Notes: generated by a model not told the origin, from the letters alone. 64,000 nt of DNA from Nitrospirales bacterium (GCA_965217975.1 OZ244578.1:597690-661689), one strand, 5' to 3'. Shown: positions 27,479 through 37,444, counted from the stretch's first letter. Translations and numbers: made by a program.

Positions 27479-27890
27479 ACCGGATACGGAAATGCCTTGC
27501 CGACCGGCATTCTGGCCTGTCAAACACCCTCACCCTTACCGCAACGCCGTTGCTGAAGCCCGCTCCAACGCTGTCCCGGCTTGTCCACTGTATAAGGCCC
27601 TGTTGATAAACTGGAGATATGTTTTTTGACACTGCGATTCTTTGGCTACAGAGCCATCAATCAAGCGGATTGCCCGTTTTTTTTGCATTAGTATTCGGCA
27701 ATCTTTGACTACCATATGTAGTGTTTTCTCAATCATATACTGGTCTTTCTTGTCCATATTGCAATGCTTTTCACGAAAATCGTCTCATTTTTTACAAGAT
27801 CACCACGTGCTGAAGAAGAGAGAGACATTTATGCACATGGGGTGTTGAAAAGTCCGGCTTCAGCGGGGATGTTGAGAGGCGAGAAACCCG

Positions 27891-28271
27891 TTGGCAGAGC
27901 GGGTTCGGTTCTGTTTTTGGCGTCATCAGGGTAGGGACATGCAGGGAATTTCCATTCTGGCCACCACTGTTTCTGTGTTCAGTTTTTCGTTGGCGTGTAT
28001 CGTCCTGCTGTATCCTGCACTGTCTCGTTTCAAGAGCCGGTGGAAGGGCGGAGCCTTCTACGGAAGCCTGTCGGTGGGCACGTTGCTGGTGGCGGCGCTG
28101 ACGGCCCCTGATCCGGCGTTGCCGGAGCCGGCATGGTCCTGGGTGGATTGGACGGTCATTGTGGCGGGCGGAGGGACGGGGCTGGCGATGGTGACAAAAA
28201 ATCAGTGGTGGCCGCGAGCCGGACATGGGGATTTAGGCAAGAAGAGAGAGGCCCGTCGCAAGGCGCCATGA
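27891..28271 (+). CDS. Hypothetical small membrane protein (start uncertain; possibly MQGISIL at about 27939)
   Basis: Three hydrophobic segments and GC-rich codon usage like the neighbouring genes. No recognisable family. Confidence 0.35.
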   Translation: MAERVRFCFWRHQGRDMQGISILATTVSVFSFSLACIVLLYPALSRFKSRWKGGAFYGSLSVGTLLVAALTAPDPALPEPAWSWVDWTVIVAGGGTGLAMVTKNQWWPRAGHGDLGKKREARRKAP

Positions 28272-28310
28272 GCGAACAGGCCATTGGGACAGAAGAGTCG
28301 TGGGGACATC

Positions 28311-30752
28311 CTAGAAGACCCACTGCGTGCGGAAGAAGATGGAGCGGGGCATATTGGTATGGGAGACACCAAGCCCGATACTGCGTTCTCCGACATTCAG
28401 AAATTCTTGCTGGTCCAGCAGATTGATGACGTCCACGCCCAACACCAGCTTGTGTTGATTCACCAGAGGGATCACATGCGTCAGGGACATATGATACGTG
28501 GTATGCGAATCAGCATGGCCCGAATTGGTTTTTGCGCCCGGCTCGTGGCTGCGCAAACCGGAACCAAACAACATTTGCCCGGAGACGGTGGTCTGCGGCA
28601 GGAGACGATACGTCACCACCGCGGAACTGGTGATCGTTTGCATATGATCGCAGAAGACGCCTTCCGGTGTTTCGATGTCGGCCAGCTCTTCTGCGTGCAG
28701 CAGGAAATGTCCGGATTGTAACCCTTGGCCTTTGCATTGACCCCAGGCGACGTTGCCCCGTGCCGCGAGATTGTTCGTCGGCGCGACTTTCAGTGTGCCT
28801 TCAATCCCGCGTTGCCAGCCGCGTCGAAACGCAATCGCATTCAGCATCGGCGTGGTATGGAATTGATGAGCGTCCGCCTGGTTGGTATTGAACTTATAAT
28901 AGCCCGTCAATTGGAACATCGCCGTGTCCCCCATCGTATACGTCGAGCCTATTTCAACGGCATGAGATCGTTCGGGGTTGGGGGTGTGATTGGTCGGGTC
29001 CTCGGGCGCCGCCGTTGTGCCGGCGGTATTGAGTGTTTGAAATGGAATGGCCTCAAGGCTGGGAGGAGTAAAGAACCGGCCATAAAACACGCGGAACGCC
29101 AGACGGTCGTTGGGCGTGAAGGTGACCCCGATACGGGGACTGATTTGCATGGCATCAATGTACCCGTGAACATGATCCAGACGGAGGCCCGCGTTCACGG
29201 TCCATTCCTGATTGGGTGTGAATTGATCCTGCACCCAGAACTCTTCGCGATAGCCGAGAATCCGCCTGTCGGCATTGCGTGACAGGACCCCGCCCGTTGG
29301 GGCGCCTGTCGTTTCGTCGCGCGCAAAGACAAACAATCGTGGTTTATTCGTCGCCATCGTCCGGTCAAACTGGAAGCCGGCCTTGAGCAGGTGCCGCTTC
29401 TTCATCGCATGCGTGTAATCAATCCTCATGCCGCCGGCCACTCCATATCGGTCCTGATGGCCCGCGGAAAACGGTTCATCCGCCTCGTCCGCATAGGCCA
29501 GGACGTCCCAGGGATCGGTCGTGAACGTCGCCCGGCTGTGCCGGACGTATCCGGCCACGCTCAACACCTGGTTCGCATTCATGTCGTATCGCCACACGAG
29601 ATGGGAATACTGGCCATGCTCCTCCTGGTTTTCATCAATCGCTTCCGAGGATTTTGGTGTAAACCGCGGGTCGGTGTTTCGGATCAGCGCCACAAGAACG
29701 GGGTTCGGGGCATGACCCGGTTGCGTGGGAATTTGATAGCTGGCGACGCTATTCAAGAATAACCAGGTCACTTGATGGCGGGCGTTCGGTTGATAATCGC
29801 CATGCAGGTAGGTGTGGTAGCGTTCGCCGTGGTCATGATAGACGGATTGGCCCAACGTCGGAGGGTCAATGCCCCGGTTGGTATTCAGATAATTGTGCAT
29901 CATATACCAGCGGAACCGGTCACCCACGGTCCAGCCGTATTCAAAAGACGGCTGTAACGTTTCATTGCCTCCGCCAAACCATTGGAGCGAGCCACGCCCC
30001 GGCGTCGTGCCGCTTTTGCTGGTAATGTCAATCACCGCGGTCGTCCGATTCCCGTATTGGGCTTCCATGCCGCCGAGAATAATATCCGCTCGTTCCCAGG
30101 TTCGCGGATGAATCAGATCGGCAAACTGCGTCGTGACGGTGTCCGGAATCGGCACTCCGTCAATGCGAAATTGCAGATTCGCGTGCTCCTGTCGAATGTG
30201 GATTTGCTTGAGGCTGCCGTTGACGGCGCCGGGAATGGTGAGGAGGACATCGGAAAGGTCCAGATTGTTGCCCCTCGGCAGCGCTTCAATGTCCTTTCGA
30301 CTGACCGAATACGTTGTACTGGACGACCGCGACTTCGCGGCAATGCGCGGCGCCACGATTTCCACTGTGTCCAGTACCGTCTCCTCCTGCGTGTCCGTCA
30401 CGGTCAACACGACGGGGTCGCGGTCTGGTGTGCCGACATCCAGCACGACGGTGGCGCGACGAGAGGGTTCCTGAAGGGCGTGGACGGAAAATGTGCCGGT
30501 GTGCGGGGCGACCATCTCAAACTCTCCCGCATCGTTGGTGGTTGTTGAGGTCACGCGGCGCCCTTCCTGATCGCGCAATGTGACGGTGACGTGCGCGCCA
30601 CGTCGCAAATCCGCATCCTGCACGTACCCGGAAATCGTCTGTGTTGCGGCCGGCACGCACGGCGTCACCCCCAACGTGAACGCGATGGCCGCCCAAATAA
30701 CACACCCGGCTCGTCTTCCGGGCGCCGTTCTGGCCGAATTTCTCTCTGTCAT
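28311..30752 (-). CDS. TonB-dependent outer-membrane receptor with an N-terminal carboxypeptidase-regulatory-like domain
   Basis: The most likely start, ATG 30752, has GGAG 7 nt upstream. Signal peptide present. ISGYVQDADLRRGAHVTVTLRDQEGRRV...TNDAGEFEM, a plug region (VSRKDIEALPRGNNLDLSDVLLTIPGA), a long barrel and a C-terminal FFRTQWVF. Confidence 0.9.
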   Translation of the reverse strand: MTERNSARTAPGRRAGCVIWAAIAFTLGVTPCVPAATQTISGYVQDADLRRGAHVTVTLRDQEGRRVTSTTTNDAGEFEMVAPHTGTFSVHALQEPSRRATVVLDVGTPDRDPVVLTVTDTQEETVLDTVEIVAPRIAAKSRSSSTTYSVSRKDIEALPRGNNLDLSDVLLTIPGAVNGSLKQIHIRQEHANLQFRIDGVPIPDTVTTQFADLIHPRTWERADIILGGMEAQYGNRTTAVIDITSKSGTTPGRGSLQWFGGGNETLQPSFEYGWTVGDRFRWYMMHNYLNTNRGIDPPTLGQSVYHDHGERYHTYLHGDYQPNARHQVTWLFLNSVASYQIPTQPGHAPNPVLVALIRNTDPRFTPKSSEAIDENQEEHGQYSHLVWRYDMNANQVLSVAGYVRHSRATFTTDPWDVLAYADEADEPFSAGHQDRYGVAGGMRIDYTHAMKKRHLLKAGFQFDRTMATNKPRLFVFARDETTGAPTGGVLSRNADRRILGYREEFWVQDQFTPNQEWTVNAGLRLDHVHGYIDAMQISPRIGVTFTPNDRLAFRVFYGRFFTPPSLEAIPFQTLNTAGTTAAPEDPTNHTPNPERSHAVEIGSTYTMGDTAMFQLTGYYKFNTNQADAHQFHTTPMLNAIAFRRGWQRGIEGTLKVAPTNNLAARGNVAWGQCKGQGLQSGHFLLHAEELADIETPEGVFCDHMQTITSSAVVTYRLLPQTTVSGQMLFGSGLRSHEPGAKTNSGHADSHTTYHMSLTHVIPLVNQHKLVLGVDVINLLDQQEFLNVGERSIGLGVSHTNMPRSIFFRTQWVF

Positions 30753-30869
30753 CGGTTGTCTCCCTCCCTGTGTCATCGCTGAACCTGATTGCACACGGCA
30801 CGGATCCGGCCTCACCGATTTTCAGGAGTGCATGACCGGACGATGGCCTGTGTGGACATGGACGTTGAG

Positions 30870-31217
30870 TCAATTAGACACAACGGACACTGGGGGAGCG
30901 CGGGAAGGCGAGGACGGAAGAACGCGGCATTGCGCGAATGTGTGGGACGCAAGGTCTGCGTTATGCAGGAACAGGAGAGGGCCGTGAGAGAGCGAAGGGG
31001 ACCAGCCTGCCAACATGCCGGAAACATGAATGGCCATCCAGACACACAAATCAGCATCCGAATGCGTCCCCCGACCCTCTTCTGTCTCCGAAGCCAGGAC
31101 ATGCTGAATTTCCAATGCGCTGGCGAGAGGCACGAAGGTCAGGACACTGATTGACACGGCGAGGATGAGCGCCGCGTACGACGGAAAGGAGACGGCCGTG
31201 GCTTGAAACGTTTTCAT
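30870..31217 (-). CDS. Hypothetical small exported protein upstream of the TonB-dependent receptor (extent uncertain)
   Basis: N-terminal hydrophobic segment AALILAVSISVLTFVPLASA followed by a His/Cys-containing stretch. The C-terminal half looks weakly coding. Confidence 0.3.
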   Translation of the reverse strand: MKTFQATAVSFPSYAALILAVSISVLTFVPLASALEIQHVLASETEEGRGTHSDADLCVWMAIHVSGMLAGWSPSLSHGPLLFLHNADLASHTFAQCRVLPSSPSRAPPVSVVSN

Positions 31218-31389
31218 GGTTCTACCGTGACGGATGAGCGCGGATCGGTTTCACCCCGGCAATCACGGCCTCGCCTCCTCTCGAACAATGTGCGTGACAA
31301 CGGCGCCATGCTCCGGATTCTGCCTGTTTCGTTACTGCAAGTCAATTGCGTTTGCAGAACAGGCCGGCCCGGCCATCCGTGCGGACCCG

Positions 31390-32214
31390 TCAGGGATTCC
31401 GCTTCCGGTGAAGGATCCCGGCAACCTGCTCGCTGGCTTCTTTCACCAGGATGCCCATTCTGGCGTGGGAGGGTTCAAAGTCAACGGGGAACTGATGGTG
31501 GCGGAGCCGCTGGCTGGTCATGGGGCCAATTGAGCCAACCATGGTTTTCCCGATCGCGTCGCGAAAGGCCGCCAGATCGTTGGTGACGCGGAGCAGTTGC
31601 ACAACATGGTCAACCTGGATGGCGCTGGTGAAAAACGCCACCGCCACGCGCCCTTCCACAATGTCCCGGAGTGCGCGTGTGAGAGGGGCCACGTCGTCGG
31701 GAAGCGCCCAGCGATACACGGGGACACGCATGACCTGTGCGTTCCGACTGGTCAATCCCTCCACAAGCTCCGTGTTGGCTATGCCGTATTCCTGAATGGC
31801 AATCCGTAGTCCGGTGAGACCCTCGGGTTTGACGTCATCCAGCTTGTGGAGGATATCCCGCCACGTATTGGGTTCGGGAACATCCCAATGGGATTTCACG
31901 CCCAACGCCTTTAGGGCCGCAACGGGTTTTGGCCCGCGGCAGACGACGGTTGTTTCGGACAGCGCGCGCCGGATGGTGTCCATGGGAAACCGTGTGTTCC
32001 AGATGTCCACCAACGTCCTGGTTCCAACGCCGGTGAGCAGAATCAGCATATCCACGCTCCCCGCCATGAGCTGCGTCCCGAAGTCCAGGGCTTCCGTATT
32101 GTTTTCCAGCGGAATTTCTTGCAGGGAAGGCGCCACCAGGGGTTGTCCCCCATAGCGAGCGATCAGATGGGCCATGTGATCGGCCATCCGGCTTTCGAAG
32201 GCGGCCACGGTCAT
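31390..32214 (-). CDS. Uroporphyrinogen-III synthase (HemD/HEM4) family protein
   Basis: Start at MTVAAFESR (ATG 32214). Two-lobe HEM4-like pattern: LILLTGVGTR, VVCRGPKPVAALKALG, IAIQEYG, VAFFTSAIQV, GSIGPMTSQRL. Confidence 0.7.
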   Translation of the reverse strand: MTVAAFESRMADHMAHLIARYGGQPLVAPSLQEIPLENNTEALDFGTQLMAGSVDMLILLTGVGTRTLVDIWNTRFPMDTIRRALSETTVVCRGPKPVAALKALGVKSHWDVPEPNTWRDILHKLDDVKPEGLTGLRIAIQEYGIANTELVEGLTSRNAQVMRVPVYRWALPDDVAPLTRALRDIVEGRVAVAFFTSAIQVDHVVQLLRVTNDLAAFRDAIGKTMVGSIGPMTSQRLRHHQFPVDFEPSHARMGILVKEASEQVAGILHRKRNP

Positions 32215-32440
32215 GCCCGCGAATCCGCTTGTTGCGTCTGGTGCAGTGTGCACGGCTCCCTCCGCCGGGCCAAACGACCGCCGGCTGTATCGGTGTGAGA
32301 GGAAAAGAGACCCCGCAAGAGGGGTGAGGGTAGCACACCGTCTGCATGATGCACACCGCGCGCGTCACGGTTGCGAACCGGTCAGGCGGGTTGCTCCGTC
32401 TCGTGGGCCTCGTTAAGATGACGCCAGGGAATGAGGGCCC

Positions 32441-32893
32441 GTGATTCAAACGTCCGAGCAAGACCACAACGATATTCCGCAGGGAACAGGGTTGCGACAC
32501 GTGGCGTTGAACGTGACGAATCTGGCGGTCTCAAAAACGTTTTATCAGACCTGGTTTGGCATGACGGTCGTCTGGGAGCCTGATGCCGAGAACGTCTATA
32601 TGAGTTCAGGGATTGATAACCTGGCGCTCCATCAAATTCCACGCGAGGACATTCCCGCTCACCGACAGCATCACGGGCAATGCCTCGATCACCTGGGGTT
32701 TGTGATGGAATCCCCGGACAGTGTGGACCAATTGTATCGGCACATCGTCAAAGCGGGCGTCACGATTGTCCACCATCCGAAGCGCCATCGCGATGGCAGT
32801 TATTCATTTTATCTCGCCGATCCCGACCGCATTGTCATCCAGGTTTTATACGAACCCCACATCAGCGCGGTGCGCTTTTCGATAGACCCGTAG
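32441..32893 (+). CDS. VOC (glyoxalase/bleomycin-resistance/dioxygenase) family protein
   Basis: GLRHVALNVTNLAVSKTFY...GM, LDHLGFVMES, SFYLADPDRIVIQV. Confidence 0.8.
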   Translation: MIQTSEQDHNDIPQGTGLRHVALNVTNLAVSKTFYQTWFGMTVVWEPDAENVYMSSGIDNLALHQIPREDIPAHRQHHGQCLDHLGFVMESPDSVDQLYRHIVKAGVTIVHHPKRHRDGSYSFYLADPDRIVIQVLYEPHISAVRFSIDP

Positions 32894-32961
32894 GGGAACC
32901 CCCGGTTGTGTTGCGTCGTGGTGTGATGCTGTCGCCCCTCACGAAGAAAGGTTCTTGAGTC

Positions 32962-34584
32962 ATGGCTCTGTGGGATCGCCTGGCCCCCCATCAGTGTGTT
33001 GGACTGCCGCCCTGGGTGTGGGTGCAACTGGAAAGCGCCGAGCCTCCAGGCCCCTTTCCTTTCATGGGCGGTGTGGCCCCCGAGGTCGTGGCGAGTCTCC
33101 ATGAGGTTCACGGCATCCTCATGAGCGCCGTGGAAACAGCCATCAGTGATGTGTTTGCGCGTCGAACGTCGGTGGATGCGCCCGCGGTCGGTCGCCGCCT
33201 TGAGGATGCCTATGCCGAAGTGGTGCAGTCACGGCCGCGCCTCCGGCAGCATATTCGGTGTGGACGGAATCCCGATGGCGCCTTTGTCTGGGAATTTCCT
33301 CACGATCCCCGGAAATCGGCGGTCATGACGTATGCCGGCCTGCGCGTGTTCAACGCGATGACACAGCAAGCGTTGCCGATAGGATTTGATCGTCCCATTT
33401 CGCCGGCGGTGGGGAAGCTGTTGGGCTGTTTGAATGGGACCCGGACCGTGTCGGACATTCAGACCATGGTCACGGCGTCCGGACCCGACCTCGCGCGGCA
33501 TTTGACGCACCTGCTTGATCAACTCGCCTCGCATGACTGTCTGGCGGTGTCGGACCAATCCACCGTTCGCGCACGGTGGCTTGATGTCACACGCCATCAG
33601 GACATGGTGCATCTTGGTCACGCGGCCCTGCTGTATCGCCAACGGGATCAGTTTTTCTGGTTTGACCCCTGGTTGATGCCCTGGTTTGCCGAATCCCCGG
33701 TGCCATCTTTGTGGACGTCATTGTTGCCGCAGCCGTCCGCCGTGTTCTTAACGCACGACCATGATGACCACGTTGATCCTCGAACGTTACTGCACGTGCC
33801 CAAGGACGTGCCCGTTTTCGTGCCGAGCCGGAAGAACCGAAAGGCGTTGTATTTCGATTATCAGTCCCTGATGCGGGAGCTGGGATTTACGAACGTGATT
33901 GAACTGGCGCATGGAGAGTCCTGGAAATTTGAAGGCGGGGAAGTGGTGTCGGTCCCGTTTTTCGGTGAGGACCCTTGCGACCTTGCCCTTCCCCGTAATT
34001 GCTATTTGATCAGTGATCACGGACACAATACCCTGGTCCATGCGGACAGTGGGCCGACGAATGACGGGCATTCCGCCATCCGGGACGGCGTCATCACCGA
34101 ACTGGTGCGCCAGTATGGTCCGATCACGACCGTCTATGCCTCCCAACAGCAATTGAAAGAAATTCGCGCCTACGCGGCTCATGCGAGTGTGTCGCCTCCC
34201 GGCAAGTGGCTGGAGGTGGGGGAAAACGGATTCCTCACGAATCACTATCTGTCGGAGCTGGTCGCCCAGGCTCAAGCCAAGCTGTTCGTCTCGTATGCCA
34301 CCGGCGGCGCCGATTGGTATCCTGACCATTTGTCGTTCATGTTTCATCATCGGAATCCGGCCCGGACGGCGTTGCTCACCGCTCACTGGGATCCTCCTGA
34401 ATCCCTCGGAGACGTGCTGCGCGCATCGGGCGGCCAGTATCATTATGGCCAGGCGTTGGACGTGGTGCGCGTGTCCGCACCGGGCCATGTTCAGGTGATC
34501 TCACATGCCGAGGCTCTGGCGCCTCTTTCGCTGTATCAGTTGGATCATGTCTTGCCTGATGCTCTCACGCGCGGGTCTCGTTAG
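32962..34584 (+). CDS. MBL-fold metallo-hydrolase with an N-terminal extension (start uncertain)
   Basis: THDHDDHVDP metal-binding motif plus a downstream DSG/H pattern. The N-terminal roughly 230 aa include a PqqD/RRE-like stretch AVGKLLGCLNGTRTVSDIQTMV....LARHLTHLLDQLASHDCL. Confidence 0.7.
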   Translation: MALWDRLAPHQCVGLPPWVWVQLESAEPPGPFPFMGGVAPEVVASLHEVHGILMSAVETAISDVFARRTSVDAPAVGRRLEDAYAEVVQSRPRLRQHIRCGRNPDGAFVWEFPHDPRKSAVMTYAGLRVFNAMTQQALPIGFDRPISPAVGKLLGCLNGTRTVSDIQTMVTASGPDLARHLTHLLDQLASHDCLAVSDQSTVRARWLDVTRHQDMVHLGHAALLYRQRDQFFWFDPWLMPWFAESPVPSLWTSLLPQPSAVFLTHDHDDHVDPRTLLHVPKDVPVFVPSRKNRKALYFDYQSLMRELGFTNVIELAHGESWKFEGGEVVSVPFFGEDPCDLALPRNCYLISDHGHNTLVHADSGPTNDGHSAIRDGVITELVRQYGPITTVYASQQQLKEIRAYAAHASVSPPGKWLEVGENGFLTNHYLSELVAQAQAKLFVSYATGGADWYPDHLSFMFHHRNPARTALLTAHWDPPESLGDVLRASGGQYHYGQALDVVRVSAPGHVQVISHAEALAPLSLYQLDHVLPDALTRGSR

Positions 34585-34671
34585 CACGGGAACACGGCGC
34601 GGTCGCCAACAGCTTCGGGCATGGTTGCGTGTGATGATGTGAAGGGCGGGGCCGTGCATCCGGCGCCGTGG

Positions 34672-35313
34672 TCAATGCCGGGTGCGTTCAATGACGGTCA
34701 GGCCATTGTTATGTGTCAGGTGGGTTTTGACGCGCCAATCGCCGCTCTGTTCGGCCAAATGGCGCAGGATGGCGGGTAACAGCCCGCCGCGCACGGGGGG
34801 TGGAGCCGTGTTTTTTCGCATCATGCGCGGGACCATCCTTGAAAGTCGCGTACGCGGGGGGCCACATTCAGGTTCGTCCATCACGCCAAACGTGTCCGTG
34901 TCGTGGAAGACCATGTAGCGTCGTGCCTTGTCGGCGTGTCGCTTCAATTCCAGTGACAGTTGTTGATACGTGTGCCGGGTGTCGATAAACAGCAGGTCGG
35001 TTTCTTCAATATCAACCTTCAACACGTCAGCTTGTTGATAAGAGACATCACGGCCGGCGGCGCGCGCACGGTCAAACAGTGTTTGCAAGTCGCCGTCAAG
35101 CGTCAGGTCATAGGAACGCAGTCGTACCCCGGCGGCCAGGAACGCCCGTGTGCTATTGCCCTGGCGCACACCGAATTCCGTGACGCGGGAGACCGAAGTC
35201 GCCAGTTCCCGCAGCAAAGGCAGGTGTTCGTTGATGTCGGAAAGCGTCTCGACCGCCTTGCGATATTCGGCTTCCAGCATGTCGCCCACGCGCGTTTCGT
35301 CAAGCATGGGCAA
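34672..35313 (-). CDS. Class I SAM-dependent methyltransferase (TylF/Methyltransf_24-like)
   Basis: VTEFGVRQGNSTRAFL (motif I-like) and LLFIDTRHTYQQLSLEL...MVFHDT. Confidence 0.7.
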   Translation of the reverse strand: MPMLDETRVGDMLEAEYRKAVETLSDINEHLPLLRELATSVSRVTEFGVRQGNSTRAFLAAGVRLRSYDLTLDGDLQTLFDRARAAGRDVSYQQADVLKVDIEETDLLFIDTRHTYQQLSLELKRHADKARRYMVFHDTDTFGVMDEPECGPPRTRLSRMVPRMMRKNTAPPPVRGGLLPAILRHLAEQSGDWRVKTHLTHNNGLTVIERTRH

Positions 35314-35467
35314 GCCATACCACGGTCACCGCGTGCGCGACAAGATGCGATGGCGGCACGGCTGTCGTCACCACATCCGTGGATGAGGCTGATGGCGTTC
35401 GTTCTTGCCGTTCGCCCGCTGATATGATAGGAATGACGGCCTGTTGTGATGCCGTCAGGACTTGCGT

Positions 35468-36223
35468 ATGAACGACCAAGCACGACCCGGGCCTGCGCCA
35501 GTGAAGGATGAGGAAGCCCCGTTTGACAGGGGCGACGTCATCGTGGTCGGGGTCAAGGTTCGTGACTATGGTGAGATCAAAAGTACCCGGACGACAGACG
35601 CCGCCCTTAAGGTCGGTGACTGTGTGCTCCTGGAATTAGATAACGATCTGACGTATGGCATCGTCAGTTCCCCTCCCCGTTCTCAACCGTTCAGCCCGCC
35701 GATGCGAGTGATGCGGAGCGTCCTTCGGAAAGCGACGGAGGCTGACGAGGCCGCGATCGCTCATCAAAAACAATTGTCATCCTCGGGCAGAGAGTTTTGC
35801 CTGGAGCGGGTTCTGGCCCTGGGGCTGCACTTGAAGTTAGTCGAAGTGTACGGATCGCTTCAGCGGCGGACGACGCTGACGTTCAGCTACACGGCGGAAT
35901 CGCGCGTTGATTTTCGGCAGCTCGTGAGGGATCTGGCGCGCCAGTTTAATTGTCGGATTGAAATGCGGCAAATTTCCAGCCGGGAGGAAGCTCGTCGGTT
36001 GAGCGGGGTTGATACCTGTGGGCTGGTGTTGTGTTGTGCCGGTTTTCTCACGGATTTTAAACCGGTGATGCTCGCGTTATCCCATCGAGAAACGGTGTCG
36101 CCAAACGATTCCCGTCGCATCGGAGTCTGCGGACGTTTGAAATGTTGTCTGATTTTTGAAAGCGATGATTGGCCAACCGGACAGGCGTCCGGGCAACAGC
36201 TCATTCAACTCACTCGATCCTGA
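35468..36223 (+). CDS. PSP1 C-terminal domain protein (RicT/YaaT-like)
   Basis: KLVEVYGSLQRRTTLTFSYTAESRVDFRQLVRDLARQFNCRIEMRQI..REEAR..GGVDTCG..LCC. Confidence 0.8.
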   Translation: MNDQARPGPAPVKDEEAPFDRGDVIVVGVKVRDYGEIKSTRTTDAALKVGDCVLLELDNDLTYGIVSSPPRSQPFSPPMRVMRSVLRKATEADEAAIAHQKQLSSSGREFCLERVLALGLHLKLVEVYGSLQRRTTLTFSYTAESRVDFRQLVRDLARQFNCRIEMRQISSREEARRLSGVDTCGLVLCCAGFLTDFKPVMLALSHRETVSPNDSRRIGVCGRLKCCLIFESDDWPTGQASGQQLIQLTRS

Positions 36224-36254
36224 TTGTTTCATTCGCCCCTTTCAAGGGAGTTAT

Positions 36255-36674
36255 ATGAGTACCCCGCCTCTCATGGTCATTTACGCGCATAACGCCACCT
36301 ATGACAAACTCCATCAGGTGGCGACCCTGGCCCTCACGGCCTCGGCCATGAGCAAAGACGTGGTGGTCGTGTTGCTGTTCTGGACCATTAAAAAGCTCGC
36401 CGAGGGGAAACTCAATGACGTGGATTTTCCCCCTGAATATCAGGCCTGGCATGACGAGGTGGCCCGGTTGCTTGTCGAACGCAAGGTTCCGCTGATTTCG
36501 GACATGTTTGACGAGGCTCGCACGGTGGGGAAGTTTCGACTCATCGCGTGCAGCGCCGGGTTGGAATACATGGGCGTTGAGGCGGACGCCGTGGCCAGAC
36601 AAGTTGATGAGGTGATGGGCCTTCCCGCCATTCTGGCGCTGGCGTCTGGTGCGGAGACGACCCTGTTTATCTAG
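36255..36674 (+). CDS. DsrE/DsrF-like family protein
   Basis: AGGGAG lies upstream of ATG 36255. C-terminal pattern RLIACSAGLEYMGVEADA...VDEVMGLPAILALASGAETTLFI. Confidence 0.65.
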   Translation: MSTPPLMVIYAHNATYDKLHQVATLALTASAMSKDVVVVLLFWTIKKLAEGKLNDVDFPPEYQAWHDEVARLLVERKVPLISDMFDEARTVGKFRLIACSAGLEYMGVEADAVARQVDEVMGLPAILALASGAETTLFI

Positions 36675-36731
36675 TGGAGTGCGCCGTGACCACGGCCCGT
36701 TTCTCACCCCCCCCCGCACCGACCGTGAGAC

Positions 36732-37388
36732 CTACCGGGATGTGCGAACGCCGACCCGTTTGCAGTACGTGTGAACCGGGCACTGGCTGCAAAAAGGGGA
36801 AACGGGACGACAGAGATGTTGCCCGAAGGGGACCAGCCAGTCATTAAACGTGATCCAGTATTGGGGGGGTAGTTTTTTCCGGAGCGCGAATTCGGTTTCC
36901 TCGGGCGTGGTCGTCCGAACGTAGCCCCACCGGTTGCTGATGCGGTGTACGTGGATATCCACGCAAATCCCAGGTTTGCGATAGCCAATGGTCACCACCA
37001 GATTGGCCGTCTTGCGTCCGACGCCTTTCAACGTGAGCAGCTCTTCAATGGTATCCGGCACCCGCCCTCCAAAGTCATGCAGCAGGCTGTGACAAATCGC
37101 ATGAATCTGTTTGGCTTTGTTTCTGTAAAACCCCACCGGATAGATGGCGTTCTCAATGGTGCGCAACGAGAGCGCCAGCAGGCGTTCCGGCGTGTCGCCC
37201 AACCGAAATAATCGTTGGCTGGCCTCGGCCGTGGGCTGATCTTTGGTCCGAAGACTAAGCAGGCAGGCAATCAGGATCTGGAAGGGGTCGCGTGTCTCAC
37301 GGGCCACCACTCCCAGCACCGGTTCTTTCCATTGGCGAATGGCGTGTTTGACTTTGGCGGTGACCGCGTGAATCTGGGCAACACGCAT
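36732..37388 (-). CDS. nth: Endonuclease III (DNA glycosylase/AP lyase)
   Basis: HhH-GPD region LLTLKGVGRKTANLVV, catalytic-region DIHVHRISNRWG and the C-terminal Cys cluster CRPVSPFCSQCPVHTYC. Confidence 0.9.
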   Translation of the reverse strand: MRVAQIHAVTAKVKHAIRQWKEPVLGVVARETRDPFQILIACLLSLRTKDQPTAEASQRLFRLGDTPERLLALSLRTIENAIYPVGFYRNKAKQIHAICHSLLHDFGGRVPDTIEELLTLKGVGRKTANLVVTIGYRKPGICVDIHVHRISNRWGYVRTTTPEETEFALRKKLPPQYWITFNDWLVPFGQHLCRPVSPFCSQCPVHTYCKRVGVRTSR

Positions 37389-37444
37389 TGAAGACAGTTA
37401 CAAGAAGAACGAGGCGGGAGCAAAAGAGGATGCGACGATTTGCA

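Noticed and set aside
30816-31389. A possible cobalamin or other riboswitch in the leader of the TonB-dependent receptor.
   Set aside because: No B12-box-like (GCCACTG) or other recognisable riboswitch core was seen on the minus strand. This cannot be excluded without covariance-model searches.
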